This document shows, piece by piece, positions 1 through 13,940 of a DNA stretch of 64,000 nucleotides; the first letter of the stretch is position 1; each line of letters begins with the position of its first letter. The translations under genes were made by a program, and so were the position numbers. Location of the stretch: assembly GCF_035084215.1 (NCBI RefSeq), contig NC_090340.1, positions 4,526,001 through 4,590,000 of the forward strand. The letters run 5' to 3'. Origin of the DNA: Heptranchias perlo (taxonomy: Eukaryota). The notes under the pieces are model-generated. The model saw only the letters and a program-made list of their open reading frames with translations, searched no databases and was not told the origin of the DNA.

Positions 1-2301
1 GTCCTTCCAGGTGGTAGAGGTCGCGGGTTTGGGAGGTGCAGTCGAAGAAGCCTTGGCGAGTTGCTGCAGTGCATCCTGTGGAAGGTACACACTGCAGCCA
101 CTGTGTGCAGGTGATGAAGGGAGTGAATGTTTAGGGTGGTGGATGGGGTACCAATCAAGCGGGCTGCTTTATCATGGATGGTGTCGAGCTTCTTGAGTGT
201 TGTTGGGGCTGCAATAATCCAAGCAAGTGGAGAGTATTCCATCATACTCCTGACTTGTGCATTGTAGGTGGTGGAAAGTCTTTGGGGAGTCAGGAGGTGA
301 GTCACTCGCCGCAGAATTCCCAACCTTTGACCTGCTCGCGTAGCCACAGTATTTAAATGGCTGGTCCTGTTAAGTTTCTGGTCAATGGTGACCACCAGGA
401 TGTTGATGGTGGGCGATTCGGCGATGGTAATGCCGTTGAATGTCAAGGGGAGGTGGTTAGATTCTCACTTGTTTGAGATGGTCATTGCCTGGCACTTATC
501 TGGCGCGAATGTTACTTGCCACTTATCAGCCCAAGCCTGGATGTTGTCCAGATCTTGTTGCATGCGGGCTCGGACTGCTTCATTATTTGAGGGATAACGA
601 ATGGAACTGAACACTGTGCAATCATCAGCGAACATCCCCATTTCTGACCTTATGATGGAGGGAATGTCATTGATGAAGCAGCTGAAGATCGTTGGGCCTA
701 GGACACTGCCCTGAGGAACTCCTGCAGCAATGATCTGGGTCTGAGAAGATTGGCCTCCAACAACCACTACAGTGTTCCTTTGTGCTAGGTATGACTGCAG
801 CCAGTGGAGAGTCTTCCCCCTGATTTCCATTGACTTCAATTTTACGAGGGCTCCTTGGTGCCACACTCAGTCAAATGCTGCCTTGATGTCAAGGGCAGTC
901 ACTCTCACCTCACCTCTGGAATTCATCTCTTTTGTGCATGTTTGGATCAAGGCCGTAATGAGGTCAGGAGCCGAGTGGTCCTTGCAGAACCCAAACTGAG
1001 CATCGGTGAGCAGGTTATTGGTGAGTAAGTGCCGCTTGATAGCACTGTCAACGACACCTTCCAACACTTTGCTGATGACTGAGAGTGGACTGATGGGGCG
1101 GTAATTGGCCGGATTGAATTTGTCCTGCTTTGGGTTGATCCCCTCGCTTGTTGGTAATGGTAGAGTGAGGAATATGCCGGGCCATGAGGTTACTGATTGT
1201 GCTGGAATACAATTCTGCTGCTGCTGATGGCCCACAGCGCCTCATGGATGCCGAGTTTTCAGCTGCTAGATCTGTTCTTAATCCCATTTAGCACGGTGGT
1301 AGTGCCACACAACACGTTGGATGGTGTCCTCAGTGCAAAGACGTGACTTCATCTCCACGAGGATTGTGCAGTGGTCACTCCCACCAATACTGTCATGGAC
1401 AGATGCATTTGCGACAGGTAGATTGGTGAGGTCGAGGTCAAGTAAGTTTTTCCCTCGTGTTGGTTCGCTCACCACCTGCCGCAAGCCCAGTCTGGCAGAT
1501 ATATCCTTCAGGACTCGGGCAGCTCGTTCAGTAGTGGTGCTACCGAGCCACTCTTGGTGATGGACATTGAAGTCCCCCACTCAGAGTTCATGTTGTGCCC
1601 TTGCTACCCTCAGTGGATCCTCCACGTGTTGCTCAACATGGAGGAGGACTGATTCATCAGCTGAGGGAGGACGGTAGGTCGTAATCAGCACGAGGTTTCC
1701 TTGCCCATGTTTGACCTGATGCCATGAGATTTCATGGGGTCCAGAGTCAATGTTGAGGACTCCCAGGGCCACTCCCTCCTGACTGTATATCACTGTACCA
1801 CCACCGCTGGTGGGTCTGTCCTGCCGGTGTGACAGGACATACCAAGGGATGGTGATGGACGAGTTTGTGACGTTGGCTGAAAGGTATGATTCTGAATATG
1901 GCTATGTCAGGCTGTTGCGTGACTAGTCTGTGGGACAGCTCTCCCAATTTTAGCACAAGTCCCCAGATGTTAGTGAGGAGAACTTTGCAGGGTCGACTGG
2001 GCTTGCTTTGCCGTTGTCGTGTCCAGCTCCTAGTGGACGGATGCCGGGTGGTCCGTCCGGTTTTATTCTTATTATGACTTTTTGCAGCGAGATTTTACAA
2101 CTGAGTGGCTTGCTGGGCCATTTCAGAGGGCAATTAAGAATCAACCACATTGCTGTGGGTCTGGAGTCACATTTAGGCCAGACCGGGTAAGGACGGCTGG
2201 TTTCCTTTCCCTAATGACATGAGTGAACCAGATGGGTTTTTACGACAATTCGGCAGTTTCATGACCACCATTACTGATACTACTATTTTAATTCCAGATT
2301 T
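1..2301 (-). mobile_element. CR1-group non-LTR retrotransposon (family A), degraded; APE endonuclease + RT; runs off the window start
   Basis: Minus-strand ORFs contain GDFNVHH and SDHC (APE), NYRPIS, ALDIKAAFD, GVPQGSVLGP and FADD (RT), broken by stops and frameshifts. About 0.6 kb is deleted near 1131 relative to the copy at 17.7-20.2 kb. A SINE-like 5' segment lies at ~2095-2301. Confidence 0.92.
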
Positions 2302-2304
2302 TTA

Positions 2305-2540
2305 CTCAGATGTTTGTGAATCATTGGATTTCGCTACCTCAGAGTGCTCTGGATGCTGAGAGGTTGTGTATATTCAAGGCTTGTATATGTAGCTTTCTGG
2401 ACTTTCGGAAAATCAAAGGGATATGGGAATCGGGCGGGAAAGTGGAGGTGACGTCGAAGATCAGTCATGATCTTACTGAATAGTGGAGCAGGCTCGAGGG
2501 GTCCTTTGGCCTACTCTTGCTCCTAATTCTTATGTTCTTA
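2305..2540 (+). mobile_element. CR1 LINE 3' end fragment
   Basis: 3' UTR ...ggagcaggctcgagggg...cctactcttgctcctaattcttatgttcttat has the same tail type as the 24898 and 31448 copies. Confidence 0.8.
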
Positions 2541-2544
2541 TTTT

Positions 2545-3705
2545 CCGAGGGCAATGCGGTTGATGTTGTTTCAAAATGCATTTGATAAAGTGTAACATTA
2601 TAGGCATGTTAGCAATATTGAAGCCAATGGAATAAAAGGGACGATGGCAGCATGGATACGAAATTGACTGAATGACAGGAAACAGAGAATCGTGACGGAC
2701 GGTTATTTTTCATACTGGAGGAAGGTACACAGTGATGTTCACCAGGGGTCGGTACAAAGACCACTGCTTTTTTTGATATATATTGATGACTTGGACTTGG
2801 GCACAATTTCAAAATTTGCAGGTGACATAAAACTTGGAAGCGTAGTAAACAGTGAGGAGGATAGTGGTAGACTTCAAGAGGACAGACAGGCTGTTGAAAT
2901 GGGCGGAAAAATGAAGATGAAATTTAATGCAGAGAAGCACGAAATGATATATTTGGCAGGAAGAACGAGGAGAACTGAATGGTAAAATTCCAAAGTGGGT
3001 GCAGGAACAGAGAAACCTGGGGATATATGTGCACAAATCTATGAAGGTGGCAGGACAAGTTGATGAAGCGGTTAAAAAAGCAGACGGTGTCCTGGGCTTT
3101 ATAAACGGAGGAATAGAGTACAAAAGCAAGGAAGCTATGTTAAAACTTTATTAAACAATGGTTCGGCCACAACTGGAGTATTGCGTCCAATTCGGATACC
3201 ACACTTTAGGAAGGATGTAAAGACCTTAGAGAGGGTGCAGAAAAGATATATTAGAACGGTTACAGGGATGTGGGACTTCAGTTATGTGGATCGACTGGAG
3301 AAGCTTGGTTTGTTTTCCATAGAACAGAGAAGGTTGAGAGGAGATGCGATCGAAGTGTTCAAATCATGAAGGGTTCAGATAAAGTAAATCAAAAGAAAGT
3401 GCTCGCATTGGCGGAATTGTCGAGAGCCAAAGGACACAGATTTAAGGTGAATTGCAAAAGTACCAAAGGTGACGTGAAAAAAACGTATTTAATTATTATC
3501 TGGGAGGTGCCGCTAAAAGGGTGGTGGAAGCAGGTTCAATCGTGTATTTCAAACAGGAATTCGATACATACTTGAAGGTGAAAAATGCAGGGCTACGGGG
3601 AAAGAGCAAGGGAAAGGGACTAAGTGCATTGCTCTTACAAAAAGCTGGCCCTGACTCGATGGGCCAAAAGGCCTCCTTCTGAGCTGTAACGATTCTATCA
3701 TTCGA
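2545..3705 (+). mobile_element. CR1 LINE (HER1-like tail), 5'-truncated, degraded RT
   Basis: VHQGSV..LFLIYIDDLD..ISKFAGD, KTLERVQKR and RLEKLGLFSIEQRRLRGD; tail gactcgatgggccaaaaggcctccttctgagctgtaacgattctatc. Confidence 0.88.
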
Positions 3706-4543
3706 TTATTCTTCTGAGTGTACACACCTATAAAGGAAGGATAAAAAAAATCCAAAAAAACATAATGGCGTTCAGCAATTTCTGTTGGACAGAAATATTT
3801 TCCATTCAAATGCTGGAACCCTGACGTCTGCAGCTCTGTGCTTGGCAGGGTAAGGCGGAAAGACATTGCATTGTCATTTGGGTTTTGATTATTAGTTTGT
3901 TTGGCGCTGGCGATTGTGAATTCTGGTTGACGTCGAAGAAGGGGAGAGGGTCAAGGGTTATAGATTTGAGGATGAGCAACATCTCATCAATGAAAATACA
4001 CTGGACAACTAGGTTGCCATCTTCATTGCATGACTCTGTGAGTTTGTAGATTGAAAGAGTTGAATAGAAAGAGAAGGTAAAGGGAAAATGTCAATAGGCA
4101 ATGCTGCATTAGGCCTCCGCCCACTCTAACTCCACTGCTGGATGTTGTATCTTGTGTACTATCTCCAAATTTGTTAAGAGAGTAGGACGTAACCTAACTA
4201 ATATTAACCCGGTGTATACCAGCTAACGATAAAGGTTTAGAAAAAGGAATCCCAAGTTAAGAGGCAGAAAAATATGTAATGCTGCTTTGATTGCACGCTA
4301 TTTGATTTTTACATTTGCTTTAGCAGTGAATAAACAGATAATCTAACGGTTTAATCTGAAGAGATGTCTTCTTTCTTTTTGTTTGGTGGCCTTCTGCTTT
4401 CGGGCTGGGTCGCTTTCGATGCTTCGTTGTCTGAAGGTTCGGAGCTTTCCTGCTCTCCGGTTGGATGTTTAGCTCCATATGTTCCATTTGTTTATAAACA
4501 AAGTTCTGCCAATCTAAAGGGTCTTATCCTTAGAACCGAAATA

Positions 4544-5330
4544 GGGGGAGAAAAATTGGATAGGGCCGTTTATGGGCGCCGGTAGCGTGATGCGCTGTTA
4601 CCCAGCACCCAATGACCCCTGCGCAGGGAATTTCGGCAGCCCTGAGGACTCACCTGCAATCAGTGTTCCATTCCGGGCTTTGCACGTGGAATCAATGCAA
4701 TTTGCACCAGGGGGAGCTTAATTACTGAAAGGGAGAATTTTTCTCAGAAATCTCTTGAAGGTAGCTGGTACCTGCTATTTCCTGAAAATAAACGTTAACT
4801 GTCTGCACGGAGTCTGAACGGAAATCAGACATTACATACGTAAAACACAGGATCAGGTCCCATCCCTATATTTACACACGGATGAGTTATGTTGAAACAT
4901 TGAAAAAGGTTGCTCAGAACTAAATCCCACATCCTCGAATCTGCACCCAAGACCTCACCAATCTGCCGACCTGAGTTGTTACCAGACCTACAAGAGTGCG
5001 TGCACCAAGGTTCTCTGCTGATGCACTAGAGACCTTGGTGCAAGAGGTGGACAGAAGGATGGACATCCGATATCCTTAGGGAGGGTGGATGGGGGGCGAG
5101 AGACCTTCCAGACATGTATCCAAAAGGCAGGGGGAGGCAGCATGGGAGGAAGTCAATACCAGCATCATGAACATGGATGCAGTGCAGGAAGATGTTCAAT
5201 ACTTTGATATGAGTGCTCAAGGTGAGTGATGTCAACTGTCAAGCGGTATCTCCTACCAACTGCATCACGCACTGTACCGCCCATCAACCACATACAAACA
5301 AACTCTTTCCATCAGTACTCAACTTTTCCA
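4544..5330 (+). mobile_element. PIF/Harbinger-type DNA transposon remnant with a degenerate Myb/SANT-like exon (4993-5221)
   Basis: Manual translation gives RVRAPRFSADALETLVQEVDRRMDIRYP*...AWEEV...TWMQCRKMFNTL followed by a gtgagt donor at 5222. This matches the Myb/SANT-like (NAIF1/MSANTD-type) pattern of Harbinger accessory proteins. GGG-rich left end. Confidence 0.65.
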
Positions 5331-6671
5331 AAAAGATGCTTCCTCTCACCCCTACACATTACCACGGTTTCAACAATGGGACTCAGATATTCGCAAATGA
5401 TCAATACTTGTTCTTTGTTATTCTATCTCAAGTTTCCTTTCATTGAATTATTGGATGCCAGAGTTCAAGGCTCTTTCTATAACACTTCTTGTTTCAATAG
5501 GTTTACCAGTTTAGTGGATTCCTGCTATTCACAACCAGCTTTAAATAATAAAATAATATTAAGCAAATACAAATTACAACTATGTTCGGTGATACAAAAT
5601 ACAACGAGATTACATGATTAACAAAATATGATTCCGAATACAATTATAGATTAAAACAGTCTGTTCCTATGATGCCAATTATAGGCTATTCCATAGGGAT
5701 GGGTATTTACAGCCTGTCAGGACCTCTGCCTGTGCTGGTTGGTTGTCTTCCTCCTGATGTGTATCAGCGTTCTCTGCAAGGAAAGTTGAATTGGGGTAAT
5801 ATGTAACCTAGGCAGGGGCTTTGAACCTTCAACATGTATAGTTCATTTTACCATACTGTGCATGATGACAGGAAGAATTCGATAATTAGGGCAAGAAAAA
5901 GAAATAGCTCTGAGGGCGGCATCAACTTTTGATGGCGTGAGTTCAAGAAAAAACGAGGTGCAGTAAGGCCTTCTCTACTGACTTTTGGGTAGCTATGACA
6001 ATTGGGTTGCAAAGGATTGATAGTGCTGTGGTGAAGGTAAAGTCCTGCGGAATCTATCAGAGAAATGAAGGAGAGCTTTAAATTGGCAGTCCTGTTGAGA
6101 TCATGAATGCCAATAAATCCCATGGGTATTGGTTTGAATTACGTCTGTAACTGCAGTGGAGAATTGGCGAAATCCTGCTGAAATTCTATCCATAAATATC
6201 TTTCTGCAATGTAACCAGCTCCTGGAGATAATATTGATCACATTCTTATGTGATGCCATCTCATGCCATTCCTATTCGCCAATTGGCCTTAGCGCCCGCC
6301 GACTATCACTGGGGAAGAGGACCTCCTTGCTATTTAGAATTGGTTATACCAACGTTTACATGGCTGTATCTGAAACCCTTGGACCTTGAAACGATTGTAC
6401 TTGGCTTCAGACATCGTGAAGCTTTGCGCCATTGTTTCCTTGTTTTGGACAAAAATAATGCACCTCCTCTTTACGCTGCTGCAGTCTATACGAACCTTCA
6501 ACCGCACCTGATTTCCCCTTTCTAATCAGCGAGATGCCGACAGAGAGCACGTTTCTTGTTGGCAGTTCACATCGAACTTCAAGTGCGAGGCAATGGGGAA
6601 ACTGGGAAAGGTCGACCGTCAGCTCCTCCAGTTTGCTGTTGCTCTCACTCCACTTACCTTCTTGCCATTGA

Positions 6672-7065
6672 GAACAAGAACACCATGCATTGATGTAGCA
6701 CCTTCTTAGTAGTAAAACGTCCCGAGGAACTTCACAGAAGCCTAATCAGAAATCAAAATTGACACTGAGCCAAAGAAGGAGACATGAATACAGGTGGTCA
6801 AAAGGTGGTCAAAGTGGTTGGTTTTGTGGAGGGTCTTAAAGGAGGATAGAAACGGAGATAGGCAGAGAGATTTACGGCGCGAATTCCAGGGACTAAACAG
6901 CTGCTAGGACGTTCGCCAATGGTGGTTCGAAAGAAGTCGGGGATATACAAGTGGACGAAATTGGAGGAACACAGATCTCTCGCAGGATTGTAGGACTGGC
7001 ACAGTTTGCAGAGTTAGGGACGGGCGAGGCCAGGGAGGAATTTGAAAACAAGGATCAGAATTAAA
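6672..7065 (-). mobile_element. L2-type LINE 3' end fragment
   Basis: The minus strand ends ...gggacgttttactactaagaaggtgctacatcaatgcatggtgttcttgtt, an L2-like tail recognised by resemblance only. Confidence 0.6.
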
Positions 7066-8419
7066 ATTTGTTGCACTGAGAGCAAACTCGACCTCATTGT
7101 TTCACAGCAGAAAGCAATTTGAGTAGATGGTCACAGGAGTAGCAATTCATCTTCACCACCTGGATGTTAAGCATCCGCCTGGGCGGAGAGCAGAAGGCAA
7201 AATCGGGCGGGATGTTTGCACGCACCTAACCAAACTCGCTGGATTTCCCTTCCATTCATTTCAGTGAAAGGAAAGTCTGGCTGATTCTGATACTAGCATG
7301 CGACCACCCCACCAACACCGCCCCAACCCCACCCCCGCTCCCCGTATCACTATTTCTTTTCTGCGCTTCATCCTGGGGTAATTAACGCCCAGGTGGTAAA
7401 GATTAAAACTACTTGATAGAACATAACGGTACAGATACAAAGCCATTTAAGTTTCTCTTCACATAATAAACTTACCTCCTCAGCATGCACTTGCAATTAA
7501 TTGTTTATAATTTGGTCACTTGAAGTTATACTAAGATTACAGCAATACGTAAAGATGTGATGCGTTCAGCGTGGTTGTGGCGAATGCGATCATACCAAAT
7601 CGCAGAACAATAAATGGGTGGATGTATGCTGCCCCCTATTGGTCATTATTTGGAACTGGTAATATTTCCCAAATACTTAATATTTTTAAAAACCGCAACA
7701 GATCAAAAATTTTATAATCGAGTACAATCGAAATGAATTAAAATAATAACATATTTTATACAGAATAGGATTTTATCCCGTTACAAGTAGCAATACATGG
7801 CTGAGGCTATGAACTCAAAGCAAGATTTTCGTGAGTAACAAATTATTATGCGTCGTTACATTTCTAACACTCCATAAGCGTGGTTCTATTTTTTTATATT
7901 TCCCTGTTTTTCAGTTCGATTTGTACGGAGAGTATTTTCCCTTCGCTCTTACTGCAGAGCCAGTAGCTCAAATCAAGTGGCATGTTCCGTAAGGAATCTA
8001 TAAAAGAACAAGAATTTCGCATGGGAAAATTTCCACATTCAAAATTAGCTGGCTACTTACATCAAGTCTCATTTTCCGCCTATATAAGTGGATACGTTTT
8101 AATAGACAAGGTTGCAGTGACAATCGTTTTCACTATTTGCCATGTGTCACTCTACTAGCTAATTAGGTTACATTATCATCAATCAACAGGTTCAGTTGTA
8201 CAATCGTTGGTACATTTTCTGCATTTCTCCACAATTAAAGTTTTTTTTTAAAGTGGTGGTTGTTTTACTTCTGCTGTAGTACATTTTATAAATAATCAGA
8301 ACATAAACCTTGCATAATTTTGAAAGGCATTTTCACAGGATACACATATTACAGCATCAAACATAATTATTGAGAGCTTTCCAGATTCAAATAAATGTGA
8401 AGATATTTACAATGTTGTA

Positions 8420-9300
8420 TCATTGTTACACAATGTCTCGCAATCGTCCACTTCCTCCAATAACTGTCCCATTCTCCCTTATCATTTTCCAAACCATTTC
8501 CATTCACTGCTTCCTTGAGAAATCTGTTCGCCGCACCGCTTATCGTAGTTACATCTAAACTGTCCATGCACGTTCTGTCTGCTAATCATAAGCATGTGCC
8601 CCCCTGTTCTGGACATCAGAAAAATTATCTCGCGGTTCAATTGATTTATTCTCTTCAGGATTTTGGGTATTTTCTCCCTGAAACTTCTCCTCTCCAGAAT
8701 AAGAAATCATAGAGTGATGATTCTCTGCTCATAAACTTACTCGAGATTTCAAGAATACTCCTTCTGTATTGTTTCCGTGTCTGGATATCCTTGCCTTAAT
8801 ACGGGGAACACAACAACACACAGACATCCAGGTATGGCCGTACGAATGTGCGTAAAACCTCCTAGGATTTATGTTCTCTCCCGCTTACTGGACACCTCTA
8901 TATCTAGTTAACTTTCCTTACTATCACCCCAACTGCGTTATTGTTTCCCATGAGCTTTACACTGATAGCACCAGATCCCTCTCCTGTTTGTTTGCTGTAA
9001 CCAAGTGCTATTTGGTCCTAGTATCTAACATTTTCCCACAGTAAATATTATGTCCTACTCATATACTGACTTTCCCAAGCTACCCAGCTACATTTCTATT
9101 TGATTGACATTTTCCGTCCTTTCAATTCAACCTCAATTTGGTATCATCTGCTAAGCTGTACAGCTTTATTTATGTACCGAGTTTCAAATAATTTATACGG
9201 TCTGTTATCGTTAATTGTCCTGGCGCTGATTACTATGGAACTCCATTAATATTGGCGTAGCTCAATTGAAAACCGTTTTTTTTCTGCCTCTGGTTTCTGC
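8420..9300 (-). mobile_element. Highly degraded CR1 LINE fragment
   Basis: Residual RT/3' motifs on the minus strand (plus-strand aatttggtatcatctgc = reverse of ADDTK; gattactatggaactcca ~ GVP). Confidence 0.5.
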
Positions 9301-9559
9301 AATTTTCAAGCCTATTGTTTTGATTGATTAAGGAACTGCTATTTTAAATAAAAATAAAAGTCCATCCAATGGTGATTTGTTAACAGCGGATCCACCAATG
9401 CAAGCGCAAAACATTAATGTATACTTTGTAGGCTGTGGTCAATTATTTTACACATTAACAGTCGGCATATCTGCTATCGCTTAATAACGATTCACCAACG
9501 CAGAATGAGCAGTTGGAAATTGAAGTAGGGATGGTTTGAAACAATAAATGATGCCTTAC

Positions 9560-9667
9560 CTACAAAAGAGGCTGTCATTAAAATGGTGGACAGCAAGGAA
9601 AGATCGCAACAGAATTATTAAGAAACCAAATGTTAACTTGGAAATCAAAGCAGTCTGTAATCGGAAC
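9560..9667 (-). pseudogene. Pseudogene 1 transmembrane exon with intramembrane Lys
   Basis: ttttatag|GSDYRLL(frameshift)ISKLTFGFLIILLRSFLAVHHFNDSLFC|gtaagg. 108-nt exon; LISKL aligns with LLISGC of the intact TM. Confidence 0.65.
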
Positions 9668-11775
9668 CTATAAAATATATCGATGCAGATTTATGGGGCT
9701 GTGCTTGTTATGGAATATTCTTGTCGTAAAATAAAGTCAATAATTGAGACAAAGAAAGAAGTGAGACAAATTAGTACTTCATTGCTACTATATGCATTTA
9801 ATCAACAACTTTGAACTATGGAGAAATAAAAGTTTTACCGTAGGCTTGGAAACACTATTAAACAATATTGTTTGAGCTGTTCTTTAAATATTCAAACGGA
9901 GAGGCAGGAAACACATGAACTTTCTTCAACAGTGCCCGATCGCTGTTAATAAATAATTGCTCGAGAGGCAAAATAGTCGGAGGAGATAATCTGAAATTGG
10001 TTAAAGAGTCCCTAATATATGTATGCCATTGATCGATATACTGCCTGCAGTAACACGTTGGTTTGGTTTAAAAGCCGATTTCATCTTTAACCTTACAGCG
10101 TCTTCGCGCCATATTCATCATCTGTGAATGTGCTATTCTCTGGGAAAAATCGTACCGTAGCCATTAAATTTCTTCTTTCTCTGCGTTTCACTAAAAACTA
10201 CGAAGGATGTTGTTACCTAAATTAGATGTGGTGCTAAACTGTACCATTCCGATTCACTGTTTGTAGCGTTCTTCGTGATGCATTTTATTGAACACGGGCA
10301 ATTTTTTTATACTGATATAGTTCTACTGTTGGGTTTTATTTTTACCCTCTGTGATACGTTAGTTGTTAACGAGCAACACATTTACTTTCTCGGGGAAACA
10401 AAAAGTGCAATAAATGTGACCTTTCCAGCAACACACGCATCGAATAAACATCAATTAAGGTTTCGTCAATTAGTCATTAATATTCCATATACGCCAGTAC
10501 AGGAATATTTTATAATTTGTTTCAGACCATAAGAATGCGGAACGAAGGTTAAGAAAATAATTTTAAATATGTTCTTATAACAAGGCGTGACTCAGGTAAA
10601 AGTGTGCCATTTATCCTGGTCGATGTGCTTTTTGGGGGACATTTAACGAGATACCGCACTCGCCTATTATCAAAATGCTGCAAAATAAAATTGTTTATGT
10701 ATTCAAAGCGCTAATAGAAACAGTTGGCATTTTTGTGCTGTACTATGAAAAAATATCAATTATAATGATCATTTATTGCACATTTGAAACGTATGCAAAT
10801 AAAGAAATCATTTTTTTCTTTCTACAGCTCGAATGCATTGATTTAGAGCTGGATGAATAATCATATAAATAAGTGAGATGTATTTGGAAAAGGATGAATA
10901 GATGCCCTTCAATGACGGAATACCGCGTGATTGCAACATATGTAACGGATTCCATAACTACATTAATTGGAAATAACTGCAACTGCTACAGTGTTAATAC
11001 ACATTCCTAAAATAAATATTACCTTTTTATTGAAATGTTGCTGTTTAAAGATAATTACAGCAGAGAAGGAATGTAATACAGAAAGAAAGAAAAGAAGGAA
11101 AATAAAGAAATCAAGTATGAATGCATAAATGTAGGCGCGCTCGAAATCCTAATTGGGCACATCTAGTTCACACAAATAGCCAGATAATTTGTTTTTGGTG
11201 ATGGTGATTGAAGAAGAAATCTTGGTCAGCACCGTGAAACAGTCTAATCTCTTAAATTCTCCCTGTTAATTTGCGATGCGCTTGGGTTAAGATCTGATCG
11301 TCAAGGCTTGAAATTTAGGCGAGGTTTCTTCCAATCAACTGAAACAACTTCGGTGAAAGATCGGCTGAACTCTCCGAAAGAACAGTATTGTTTCAGGGTT
11401 CCAGCGGCTCTTTTGACGATCTTAGGGCGGACGAACTGGAGAACGACCGTGCAATATGTGCTCGAATTGATACTTTAAAGCACAGCAGGTTTAACGCAGA
11501 GAACATCATAGATTTTATATTTGTTTGCCTTGAATATATGATTCAAGCAATATCTGACTCCAGAATAGATGGATGAGTCGCTGGCATGGATTCTGCTAAT
11601 CTTTTTTTCCCACGGTTCCCCGTGGAAGCCATTCTGCCCTCAGCAACGGCGCCCTCCTAGAGAAGCGGAGATCAATTGGCCCCGCTGTAGACTGCGTAAT
11701 ATCACTTGTTGGCTCTTCACTCCCAAGCTAGGTGCCGTCCATTCAAACATAGTGCGATCAAAACCCGGGGATCTA

Positions 11776-12218
11776 CATAGAATTACATTGAATTTCAAAG
11801 CACAGAAACTGGCCATTCGGCCCAAACGTTCTATGCCGCTGTTGATGCTCCACACGAGCCTCCTCCCACACTTCTTCATCTAACCCTAACACCATGTCCT
11901 TCGCTTCATTTCTCCAACATGTACCTATCTGGTTTCCCCGTAAATGCCTCGTGCTATTCGCCTCAACCGCTCCATGTGGTAGCATATTGCACATTCTCAC
12001 CAGTCTCAAAGAACAAAGTTTCTCCTGAATTCCTTAGTGGTTCTATCAGTGACAATATTATATTAATCGCCTCTAGTTTTGGACTCTCCCACAAGTGGAA
12101 ATATCTTCTCCATACATACCCGATCGAAACTTTTCAAAATTTTAAAGAACTCCACCAGGTCACCTCTTAGTCTTCCCTTTTCTCGAGAAAAGAACCCCAG
12201 CCTGTTCAGTCTTTCCTA
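11776..12218 (-). mobile_element. CR1 LINE 3' fragment
   Basis: Reverse-oriented tail (acatagaattac...cacagaaactggccattcggcccaa) plus degenerate RLGFFSREK.RLRGDLVE coding. Confidence 0.8.
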
Positions 12219-12915
12219 TGTTAGCGTTCCTCAGAACCATTGGTTAGTTTACCATTTTAAAATGTTAATTCTGGCATGAAATTCAGCGGAGTTTCTCCGA
12301 GCCTCCCGCCCTAACTCCGGTGGGACACCAGAAAGAAATTCCGCAAATAAATCTTTTCTCTGAGGGTTTCCCGGGTCTTCGGCTGAAGATCTAGTATGCT
12401 CCGTTGAATGTCAGAGATAGTCTTTTTTATTAACATTATGTAGTACATCCATTGAACTAAAATGAGACTAAAGAACATCAGATCGAGCAAATAAAGTCCA
12501 TTGTGAATTACAAAGCAAAAATAGAATCACGTTCAAAACGACAATATCTGTTCTAACAGGATAGCTGCAACACGAAAGTAACAGATGCAGGGCAGATGTT
12601 CTACCACAAGTGATTTTCATTAATGAATTATGGAAAAAAAAATATAATGGGATAAATTAATTTGGCATTGCATTTCGTTTGTTTTATTTTACTGTGAACA
12701 ATGGATAGAAAATTAATACGAGCTCAATCACTTGTGTTGCATATTACACTACAGTTTAGGTGAAGTATTTATTATGAGCAAGAATGCAGCTTATCTTTCT
12801 GGTTTATAAACCAGTAAATAAAATCATCTGTAAATTACCACTGTCACTATAGGTCTTTCAGTAGTCGTGGCTGTATCGTATATTAATGACCAAACATAAT
12901 TTTCACGGTTCGCAC

Positions 12916-13235
12916 AGTTCTCTGTATCTGTAAAATGTTGACATCTTGCCTGGATTAGAACTGGAATCAAAGTAAATAGCAATAGCTGGACTCTGCAGAG
13001 TATATACAGCCCGCGCTGGGTAGTCTGTGCCGCTTTAAAACAACTGAAAGCTTCGTATATTCCCTCCCAATACAGCATCTTAATGGTGTTCTCCCAGTCA
13101 CAGTTTTCATGTGTTTTTCATATGAAGTAAAGGTGAGAAACTCCGGGTAGAATTCGACGGTTTCACATACGAAAGTCAAAGCAGATGAGTTCTCTTCAGC
13201 TATTTTCGGCACTATCCGTAACGGAGCTGGGGAAG
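12916..13235 (-). pseudogene. Pseudogene 1 C1-set exon (frameshifted)
   Basis: tatag|ASPAPLRIVPKIAEENSSALTFVCETVEFYPEFLTFTSY..VTG, frameshift near 13090, then NTIKMLYWEGIYEAFSCFKAAQTTQRGLYILCRV. Aligns with the intact C1; the C-strand Trp is lost. The 3' boundary is uncertain. Confidence 0.85.
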
Positions 13236-13940
13236 CTATAGAACATGTTAGAGGGAAATTAGAACGCAATTATATTTTTGTTCCATGACTTTCAATTGGG
13301 GAGCACGACTTCAAACACGCCAAAAAATGATACATATAATGTAAAATGAGCCTTTGCTTTGCTTTAAAACGACTTAAATATGCAAGAAAATATATAAGAA
13401 TTTAATGGAATGAATATTTGGAATAGTTTTCAAAGTAGACGTAAAAACAACACAAATTATTCAAATCACACATGGATGATGCGGTTGTGAAAGAGGTGAG
13501 CAGAGACTAAAGGAATTGTCTTTTATCCTTTCTTAAGTTTGAAATGTATTCGGAAGCAGTCTCTAAGACTCTTAAATAAACCTGGCAGAGATGTAGTTAA
13601 ACTCGATTATATTTATAAACGTGAATTCCGTGTTATCTGAACGAGCCTTGGGTAACTGTTACTTATTACACTGGTAAAATTGTTTTCGACATTCAAAACA
13701 ATATATGGCCGAATTGGCAATGCAAATACGTATACATAAAAGTAATGTAATATAATTAGTTCTATGAGTATAATACGCCGCATTTTCGGGGTTCTGAAGC
13801 TCCTCTGCCGAAAGTCCGGCGGACGAACGAGAGGGACCCAATATTTACTACATAACAAATTTATAGGTCACGTCTCGTGACATGACTAGAAATTATTTGA
13901 TTTTGTCACGGATATCTGCAATTGCACAATTGTCACTCAC

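Noticed and set aside
4320-4512. Minus-strand hydrophilic segment after a ttag acceptor, with a 55-nt candidate exon at 7476-7530, as the cytoplasmic tail of pseudogene 1
   Set aside because: No consistent phase chain from the TM exon and no convincing Tyr motif.
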